DNA of 55,969 bases from Proteromonas lacertae (lineage: Eukaryota). The stretch lies in assembly GCA_002245135.1 (NCBI GenBank), contig NGBS01000607.1:62001-117969 (forward strand). The letters are read 5' to 3'. How positions within the stretch are numbered: position 1 is the stretch's first letter; every line of letters begins with the position of its first letter. The position numbers and the translations under genes are program-made. The notes below the pieces were generated by a model. The model worked only from the letters and a program-made list of their open reading frames with translations. It did no database searches and was not told the DNA's origin. Below are positions 47,522 through 55,969 of the stretch, piece after piece.

Positions 47522-48238
47522 ATGATATATATCTATATCTTTACTATAATATTATTAATTTACATATTAACAACCTTAAAGTCAACTAGTACATATGTTG
47601 TGATAAGCTCTTGTCCTAAAAATGATATAATTAACATAAATATATCTTTAATTCCTTATAAAGCTATAATCTTAAAATGCAATAAAACAACAAACTTTAA
47701 GGACTCAAAAGAAGCTGGATTAATGTTAGATTTTATTATAAAAACGTATAATGAAAGAAGAAGAAGAAAATATATCTTCATTCATGATCATATTTTATCA
47801 TGGCATCATAGTGTCAGTATATATGACAGATTAAATTATTTGAAAAAGATAAAATATATTGAAAATGTTCAATTTAGCGGAATTTATTGTGTATATATTG
47901 CATTTGGTAGGAAAAGAATCTATGACAGAAACTTTAATACAACATATGAAGTAGACAAATATATGAGGAAAAAAGGATATACAAATATATCATTATATCA
48001 ATTATATGTCGAAAAACATTATTTTCCTTGTTGCGCAACTTTTGTTGTTGATGATAGTAGGATAAAGAAACATCCAAAAAAATTTTACATAAACTTAAGA
48101 AATGGAATAAGAAATTATGTTAATAGTAATGTTAAAAATAATGGTCTATCAGCTAACTATATAGAATACTTGTGGAGTATTATTTTTGGGATATATAATA
48201 TACCAATTCCACCTGATTGTAATGTTTCAAGTTTTTAA
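47522..48238 (+). CDS. DUF3431-like type II membrane protein (putative glycosyltransferase)
   Basis: Signal anchor; KEAGLMLDFII, FIHDH..WH, PCCATFVV..I, EYLWSIIFG. Confidence 0.75.
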   Translation: MIYIYIFTIILLIYILTTLKSTSTYVVISSCPKNDIININISLIPYKAIILKCNKTTNFKDSKEAGLMLDFIIKTYNERRRRKYIFIHDHILSWHHSVSIYDRLNYLKKIKYIENVQFSGIYCVYIAFGRKRIYDRNFNTTYEVDKYMRKKGYTNISLYQLYVEKHYFPCCATFVVDDSRIKKHPKKFYINLRNGIRNYVNSNVKNNGLSANYIEYLWSIIFGIYNIPIPPDCNVSSF

Positions 48239-48344
48239 TAGTTTTTAGATAATCAAGATTTGCTGACTTATTATCAAAACTTTTAATGAAATATGCTCTT
48301 TTATTTGTTAAATTTCATATATTTATAATAGAGTATGTTTATTT

Positions 48345-50503
48345 TGTCTTGCAATTGATATAAGAACATATATAAATTAGTATTTTTTCAATGGTCTTAA
48401 CAAGCGTTATTAGCAAGTCCATGTATATAGTATATAAATGGGACTCAGGCCCTTTGTGCCAGAGTCCTAACGAGTTTTCTAGGGGTTCTTCCCTTTCTAG
48501 ATTCAGAGCTGGCTATTACGGGGTCTTCTTTCCTACAGGATTCCTCTTACAGGATGATCTTCAAGGAGTATTCTACGAGAAGAACTCTTCCAAAGAAAAG
48601 TTCATCTACAGAACCATGGAAACCAATTGTAAAGACTAGGATGATTCTACGATTCCTTTAATGGTTCCTTTTTTAAGATTCACTTCAGTCATATATTTCT
48701 TGGCCGATCTTAAACTTTCACTACTTATCGTTTCCTATGATGTTTTATCTCTGGCTATTATTTATTGAACTTCTCCTACTCCTTGATTTTCATCGTGTAT
48801 TGTAATGAGCTGCAATCAATCTCCTGATACTTCATCCAGTCCTTTACCTGACGATAATCACCTTGCTATACTTCTCCGAGATAGCTATCCTTGTAAGTTC
48901 ATCAGCAGTATGGAGGAGAAGACCGTGAACACCTTGAGTATGAACTTTAGCTTTGTTGTTTACGGGAGTGTTTACTCCTTCGATCGATCATCTTCCGATG
49001 GTTTCATCAAGGTTGAGTTGAATAATGTAAGGCCGGTGCAATGGCCAGGCTGTTTCATCAGTCCTTTATCAACTCCTTGAAGGATGTGCTTACGATGTCT
49101 TTGGATCTATTTGAGGTTATTGAGTATGATCATTAGGTGCTCTCCTACGACTCCCTTGACTTCAACATGATGGAGCTACTTACCAGTCCTGATCAACCTA
49201 TGAAGGACATAGAGCAAGAGACTTCTTCGGACTCTTCTTACTTAGTTCATCCTTGCTTCTATGTTCTGGAGTACTGTTAGTTAGAAGACCTCGTTAAAGT
49301 CATCTTCTGCTTCTGATAAGTTGTCTTGTTGGGTTGTTGCTTCTTCCGAGGGTTTACTATCTCGGGAGTTGTCTTCTCTTGGTAAGTTGTCATGAACAGA
49401 TACTGATACTTCCATCTTGAGCTTCATCCTCTTGCTAAGTGCTTTTCTTTGGTTGTGTTTAGTTAAGAACACCTCGTAGCTGTAAGGTAGTATCGGGAAT
49501 GGAGTCTTGTTGTGATCCTTTGGCTCCTTAATTGTACTTGTAAGGTTAAGGACTTCAATAGATAATCAGCGATGGACTTTATCTCCACAGCCTTCATTAT
49601 TTCCTCCTGGTTGTTGATATTCCTTGGTAATCTCTTTGAAGTACTCCTCCATCTCCTTGGTAAGTGCGAGATATTCCTTAGCTGACTCCTGATCGATGCA
49701 TCGTATGTAGTACTTAGTATTGAACTTACGCTTCTTTGAAGTTGCTTCCGAAGCCTTACCCTTTACCTTCTCCTTATGCTCTTTCAGCTCTTGTTGTTCC
49801 TTCTCGACCTTGATGATCAATGCTTCTAACTCATCCCTGGAAAGCTTCGCAAGACTACTAGGATCAATATTGCTAGCCATGATAATTTTACTTATCAGCG
49901 ATTGCAAGAAAAGCACGACTATGGAGTTCTCGAAGTGTTGACTTCTTGGCATTCTCCATGCTCTTCAGAAACGTGGAAACCCCCGTGGTTTCTACCGTCT
50001 AGCAGCCTCATTTTTCTCGGACGATTGTTGAGAATTGGAACAGTTTACCTAGGTGATTTATAAGGCATTGTAACTTACCTCTAGGAAGCTCCCGAGATTG
50101 CTTATCATTATCTTCAAGGACCCTTGAGAAATCCACAACTAGCTAGAACCTCCTGGAGTTACCATTTGGTAACTTGTTAACAATTGTAAAGTCCCTGTTC
50201 TACGATGAGGTTCACGATTCTATTAAAAGCCCTTACAAGTTCACTATCGTAACCAACACTTCTAGATAGCTTCTAGGAGTCCTGTAAAAGGAATCGCGTA
50301 GGAGGAATCCCGTAGTTAGTTTACGTAAATGGGACCATGGCTCTTTGTGTCAGAATCCCATTTATATACTATATATCCATGATCTTAACAAGGAGAGCAT
50401 CAGCCAGTTCTGCATAGAGGCAAGAGCAAGTAACATCGATACTCCGAAAGAGATCACTGCAATCATAGTCATTCAGATGCTTTTCAATGGCCTTGTCAAG
50501 ACA
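48345..50503. mobile_element. Degenerate higher-GC insertion with complex terminal repeats, class unknown
   Basis: TGTCTTG..CAAGACA ends, internal inverted and direct sub-terminal repeats, fragmented minus-strand ORFs, visibly more GC-rich than the flanks. Confidence 0.55.
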
Positions 50504-50885
50504 ATTAAGTAAATAGGACTATGCCCAATATTCCTTTTATATACATTATATGGTGATGAATAATTTCTTTAATGATATTTGGATTATTTTTGGTAATGAA
50601 TATAATGAAAAAAATTAGTATAAAATAGTTAGTAACTATAAGTTTTTTAACATGCAAAGAATTGACTTTACTAATTAATTATTTAGCAAAACACACTGTT
50701 TTCAAATGATTTTACTCTTCTAATTCCTTTCATATTTACAAGGGTCAATTTTTATTTAATTTTTTCAAATTCTATTTAAATTTACTGATATAGATTCGAT
50801 ATTATTATAACTTTGCATTTTTTTACCGGATTAAAGCAACAACTACAGTTTGTGAAAATAAATTTCACCTTTTACTATATAATCA

Positions 50886-51845
50886 TTATTCAAAATATGA
50901 AGATAAATTATATATTTTACAATTTTTAAATAAAATTTCAATATCTTCTGGTTTGTATGAATGAGATGTAAAAGATTTAATATATTCTGAACAATTTAAT
51001 TTACTATTAATAGTAATTTTATTTAAATTTATCATAGTTATATTCTTTATTTTGCATATAATACCTAAATGAACATCTTCACGATAAACTAATGGCCTAT
51101 ATATCTTTGCTGTTTTGTATATTTCGTTTAGTGAAAAATAATCAATGATAGTAAATCTTCCAATTATATAAGATGGTCCATAAAGCTCTGAATATGAAAA
51201 ATAAGGAATATAAGAAGAGTGTTTTGGATTTCTATCAACTTTAAATTTTTTCATTTTTGTGCCTAAAATTGCTTTTGTGTTTAAATAATTCTTTACTAAT
51301 AATTGTTTTATGTTGTAGAGATTAGGAACTACATCTCGATCTATTTTCATATAAAATTTAAATTTGATTCTACTTTCAACAATCCACGAAATTGCTAATA
51401 TAGTAAGTAAAGTTAGATTCAGAAAACTATTTATAAAATTAAACTGAATTATATCATTATAAATTATTAATTCATGATTTATTAAATTGTTATTATAATT
51501 TTCACTATATCCCATAAAGAAGTATAATAATGAATTACTTAAATTATTACCCCATGTTTTTCTTATTATCATTCGATTACAATAATCGTATGGTGCTACG
51601 GGAACAAAAATAAATAGGAAAGTTTGATTAATTAGTATTTTTGGAGAAAAAATACATTTAAATATATTTGGATCTGATATATTTAATTTATCTTTTGGAT
51701 AAGGTGGATCATGTTGCTCTTCTATTTTATATATTTTCTTATTGATATTAATATAGAGGGTTTTAGTAATTATAATTAAAATTAATAGCAGTAATATATA
51801 TGAAAGTATAGAGATAATTTTATATAAATTAAGGCAATGGTCCAA
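50886..51845 (-). CDS. GT31 beta-1,3-galactosyltransferase-like (start uncertain)
   Basis: RMIIRKTWG, DIIQFNFINSFLNLTL, KIDRDV, EDVHLG; N-terminal TM. Confidence 0.88.
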   Translation of the reverse strand: MDHCLNLYKIISILSYILLLLILIIITKTLYININKKIYKIEEQHDPPYPKDKLNISDPNIFKCIFSPKILINQTFLFIFVPVAPYDYCNRMIIRKTWGNNLSNSLLYFFMGYSENYNNNLINHELIIYNDIIQFNFINSFLNLTLLTILAISWIVESRIKFKFYMKIDRDVVPNLYNIKQLLVKNYLNTKAILGTKMKKFKVDRNPKHSSYIPYFSYSELYGPSYIIGRFTIIDYFSLNEIYKTAKIYRPLVYREDVHLGIICKIKNITMINLNKITINSKLNCSEYIKSFTSHSYKPEDIEILFKNCKIYNLSSYFE

Positions 51846-52053
51846 ATTAAGAGCTTTATCTCAAGCTCATAAATATAAATTCGTTACTAATTTGAAACGT
51901 ATTTTTTAAATGGGCAAAAAATACTTATGGTCCAAATTACAAAATAATAAAAATTCAATTCAATATACAAATTAATACTATATATATATAGCTATTAAGG
52001 TTAAATTTAGTATTATATTTACTATATAATTTTGATTATGGTATTTACATAAT

Positions 52054-53064
52054 ATGATAGAAACATTTATTGTTTTATTTATATTATTTATATATATTTA
52101 TTATATAAATTATAAAGTTAGTAATATAAATATATATATTGGTAATTCATTTAAGAATTATTACTCACTACCTTTAAATCCATTAACATGTAGTAGTAAA
52201 AGAAGAAAGTATAAGTGCACATTTAATAATTTGGAAAATATAAAGTATCATGCATCAATTTATAATGGTAACAGAAAGTTACCGTTAAAGCCAAATACTT
52301 CTTACAATATAGTAATGACAACTGAAAAATTAAGTCAAGTTAAATATATGAAAAATATAGGAGAAGGAAAATCTAATCATTATCAACTAGCAGTAGATTA
52401 CAGATTATTTAATAATAAGTGGCATATATCCATTCCAATATATTATAATATATCTGAATTTGTATATACAAGCAATAAAAACTTTAAAAATATATATTCA
52501 TTTATGAGAAGAAAAAACAACATAGTTTATATTCAAAAAGTAAAGTATGAGAATAGACAATACATTGTTAATGAAATAATGAATTATTATGATGTTGATT
52601 CATATGGAAATGATATGAATAATAAAAAATGGCCTGATTATTTATCTAAAATTAAAAAAATAGAAGTATTAAAGGAATATAAATTTTGTTTAAGTATTGA
52701 AAATTCTGTGATAACATGGGAAAAGGGTACAAAATTTGAAGCTGCTTCGATTAATAATGATTATGTAACTGAGAAGTTAACTGATTGTTTTTTAGCTGGA
52801 TGTATTCCTATATATTTTGGTGCTAAAAATATAGATGAATTTCTTCCTAATTCTAAATCAATTATCAATCTAAGCAAATTTAGTTCTATTAAAAATTTAA
52901 CTAATTATATAAATGTAATAAAAGACAACATAACATTGCTAGATCAACATATATTATGGCATAAACGCTATTCTAAAGAATGGTATTATAGGTTTAAAGA
53001 TATATATTCTTTTAACTATTGTAAAATATGTGATTATGTCAAAAAAAATGTTAAGAAATTATAA
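52054..53064 (+). CDS. GT10 alpha-1,3/4-fucosyltransferase-like
   Basis: YKFCLSIENS..DYVTEKL..AGCIPIYFG motif; signal anchor. Confidence 0.9.
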   Translation: MIETFIVLFILFIYIYYINYKVSNINIYIGNSFKNYYSLPLNPLTCSSKRRKYKCTFNNLENIKYHASIYNGNRKLPLKPNTSYNIVMTTEKLSQVKYMKNIGEGKSNHYQLAVDYRLFNNKWHISIPIYYNISEFVYTSNKNFKNIYSFMRRKNNIVYIQKVKYENRQYIVNEIMNYYDVDSYGNDMNNKKWPDYLSKIKKIEVLKEYKFCLSIENSVITWEKGTKFEAASINNDYVTEKLTDCFLAGCIPIYFGAKNIDEFLPNSKSIINLSKFSSIKNLTNYINVIKDNITLLDQHILWHKRYSKEWYYRFKDIYSFNYCKICDYVKKNVKKL

Positions 53065-53096
53065 TATAGAAGATAAAAAAGCAGAGAGAATTATAT

Positions 53097-53915
53097 ATGA
53101 TAACATATTTTTATATTATTTCAATTATATGTATTATATATTATAAATTAAATGAAAATAAAGAATGTGTAATTACTACAGCTTCATCTTCTAATCACGA
53201 ATATTCATTATTAAACTTAATATATACTTTTAATCTCCATATTAGGAAGTGTTATTTAATTCTATGGGATTTAGGTTTATCATATAATATACTAAATGTT
53301 ATTTCTAACCATACAAAATATAATAAGAATATAGTTATTAATTATTTTAAATACAGCTACTACCCTCAATATTTTAACATAAACATTGATGCAGGAAAAT
53401 ATGCATGGAAAGCTATAATTATTTCTAAAACTTATTATATGTATAGAAAACCTTTATTATGGATAGACAGTGGATGTAACATATCTGGATCATTAGATCA
53501 TATATTTAACCATATAAGAAAGAATAAAATTTGGTCAGAAAGTGTATCTCACAGTTTAGAAAAATATACACATATAGGGATGATTGAATTTTTCAATGTA
53601 ACTAATGCAATAACAAATAAAGCATCTTGTTCAGGCGCAGCAATTGCTCTAATGTACCCATCATCAGAAGTAGACAAATTAATCAACAAATGGATTATGT
53701 GTTCATTCACAATATCTTGTATTGCACCAGAAGGTTCAAATATGCATAATCACAGATATGATCAAAGTGCATTTTCTATTATAGCTTATAAGTTAGGTTT
53801 TTTTAATATATGCACAACATTTGGTGAAAATAATATAACAACCCATTATGAAACTGATAAACAATTTATAATTAAGAAAAATAATTTAATTAATTGTTTA
53901 ATTAACCAAATATAA
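53097..53915 (+). CDS. DUF1647-like putative glycosyltransferase
   Basis: TASSSNH, WDLGL, YAWKAII, LWIDSG, CIAPEGS..HRYDQS. Confidence 0.7.
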   Translation: MITYFYIISIICIIYYKLNENKECVITTASSSNHEYSLLNLIYTFNLHIRKCYLILWDLGLSYNILNVISNHTKYNKNIVINYFKYSYYPQYFNINIDAGKYAWKAIIISKTYYMYRKPLLWIDSGCNISGSLDHIFNHIRKNKIWSESVSHSLEKYTHIGMIEFFNVTNAITNKASCSGAAIALMYPSSEVDKLINKWIMCSFTISCIAPEGSNMHNHRYDQSAFSIIAYKLGFFNICTTFGENNITTHYETDKQFIIKKNNLINCLINQI

Positions 53916-54068
53916 TATTCTTATAATATAGCTAATTCTATTTACACTCTACTAAGTATATTTTTCTAATACCCTTTTAAAAATTGAATTAATTAGCTAA
54001 TATTATAATTCATTATTATAATAATTTCAATATTGCAATTATCAAGAAATAAAGCAATTATTCAATTT

Positions 54069-55011
54069 CTATTTATATAAGTCATAATGCAAGGAGCAAT
54101 TACCAAAATATTTATATAGTTTTAAATTGTTTCTTCCTATATTATTAGCAAACAGACTGACTAAGCTAAAAGAACTACATCTTGTTAATACTAAATATTT
54201 ACATCTGCTCAATATATAATAATCTGTGATTGCTTCAATGGCACAAGTATTATTTTCATATAATAGTCCGTATCCTGAATTGCATATAGAGTTATTGTTA
54301 TAAAATAAGTTTGCAACTGTTTTTTGAAATTCATATTTTACATTTGGAGAATCAGAACTTATGAATACATCTAATGTATTTTGATTAATTTGTATAGATT
54401 CTTTAATTTTTAATATATCTTTATATTTTAAATAGTGTAGTATATACTCTTTTCCATCTGCCTTTCCAGTTCTAATATGAACTCCAATGTTATAGACTCT
54501 CTTTATATTTATATTTATCTTAGATGTAATTCTGTCACTTACTTTCAAAAAGTACGATGATATTCTATAAGCAAGCTGATTCATCATATTGTTTAGATTA
54601 TTATTAAATATTATCACGCCTTTTTTTATTAAATAATTTCTAATATTTTCATTTAATATAACGCTTTTAATGGCATAGAAATGTCCATGAAAGGTAATAT
54701 TACAAATATACATTCTTTTATCTAATTTTAAAGGAAAATCGAAATACCACCATAAACTATCCCAATTTGATATTTTTAATGAATAATAATAAGATATACC
54801 ATATGCAAGAGAGCTAATTAATCCTAATAGTTTGTTTCCAAGTCCACATGACTTCTTCGGAATGTATTTTATTCTTTTAATAGAAATATCATTGTTTGAT
54901 ATGTAAATGTATTTATCAAAATGATTGTTATAGTCTGCCTTTTCTAATTTAGGATTATAAGTATTATAAATTATAAAAATAATATTAAAACATTACAGTA
55001 ATATAATGCAT
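54069..55011 (-). CDS. GDP-fucose-type fucosyltransferase (GT11/GT23/O-FucT-like); 5' end frameshifted in T-runs
   Basis: GLGNKL, IGVHIRTG, VFISSDS, AITDYYILSRC, SSFS motifs in one frame from about 54990. Confidence 0.78.
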
Positions 55012-55157
55012 TTATTTCAATATGATATATAGACATAATGTTATTAAAAATAAACCAACTAGTGTATTTATACATTTTTATAAATAGAATCATTATTAGT
55101 GGATGCTTTTTATATTATTAATAAAGATACAAGTTACATATTCCTAATCTTGTTGAA

Positions 55158-55715
55158 TTAACACCTATATGTAGAAAAAATATGTAATAATGTCCAGCAA
55201 TTTGTTTTATAAAGAAAAGCCATGTAATATTTATGTTTTAAAAAAAATAACCCTGTATCAAATTCAGATATATATTTATTTAGTTTTTTCAATATGTAGT
55301 TTTTGTATATCGAAGGACCATTTAAAAAATTTCTCTTTTGATAGGGATGAATTAATTTCATTAATACCATTATATTATTTTTTATATTCATTGTGCTATA
55401 GCTTTCATTTACAATAACCATTTTTCTTAATATAATTCCATAAATATCATCGGTATGAGATAAAGCAATTAATGAAAATTCTATAAAATTTTGATTAGAA
55501 TAAGTACTATTCTTTATAATCCAATCTTCTTCTAACAAAAGTGTATACTGTAAATATAAATATGAGAAAAGTAAATTAAATGAGTATTGATAATTTTTAG
55601 GATTTATATAGAATGCGTTTCGTATATTATAATAATCATTTATAACATATCTTTCCTCTGTTCCTTGATCGATTAATATAAATGTATAGAATATATTCTG
55701 ATCATAGTTATGCAA
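55158..55715 (-). CDS. GT-A fold (GT2-like) glycosyltransferase; 5' part extends upstream and is unresolved
   Basis: FILIDQGT, YTLLLEEDW, NGPSIY. Confidence 0.55.
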   Translation of the reverse strand: MHNYDQNIFYTFILIDQGTEERYVINDYYNIRNAFYINPKNYQYSFNLLFSYLYLQYTLLLEEDWIIKNSTYSNQNFIEFSLIALSHTDDIYGIILRKMVIVNESYSTMNIKNNIMVLMKLIHPYQKRNFLNGPSIYKNYILKKLNKYISEFDTGLFFLKHKYYMAFLYKTNCWTLLHIFSTYRC

Positions 55716-55969
55716 ATGTAAAATAAATGAATTTAGTGTTTTGTTTTAAATAATTGTATCTATTACATGATGTAATAATTATTTGTAATGAAAAATATCA
55801 TTATTACTTATTAATATGTATGTAAATAATGATTCAATTAATTTATATATACAAAAAAGTATAATATCATTCACATACTCATAATATTGTTAATCTTTAT
55901 TAACATATATAAATCTATATAAAGAAGATGTAGTACTATTTATTGATTTTAAATCCATAATATGTATCT

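Overview
AT-rich genomic DNA from a eukaryotic protist. It uses the standard genetic code and has very short (~27-36 nt) GT-AG introns. A CCDC146 gene implies a flagellum, and a He_PIG/HRM surface protein suggests a Blastocystis/Proteromonas-type stramenopile (inference). The centrepiece is an apparently complete 22.3-kb integrated Polinton/Maverick (polintovirus) at 7052-29356. It has ~370-bp TIRs, a 6-bp TSD (AAAATA) and genes for pPolB, rve integrase, packaging ATPase, major and minor capsid proteins, an adenain protease, Arg-rich adenovirus-like core proteins and about ten orphan ORFs. Two viral genes appear to carry three host-type spliceosomal mini-introns, two classes of promoter-like motif recur, and the TSD overlaps the start codon of a host surface-protein gene. 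Host genes include CTP synthase, a WD40/pseudokinase, a REC-TPR-cNMP protein, a helical-repeat protein, CCDC146, a BTB pseudogene and tRNA-Gln. Downstream lie non-autonomous TIR elements (two TGT..ACA MITEs and a 3.9-kb element with 966-bp TIRs carrying host gene fragments) and a cluster of six apparently intronless glycosyltransferase-like genes. Several frameshifts sit in homopolymers and may be assembly errors.
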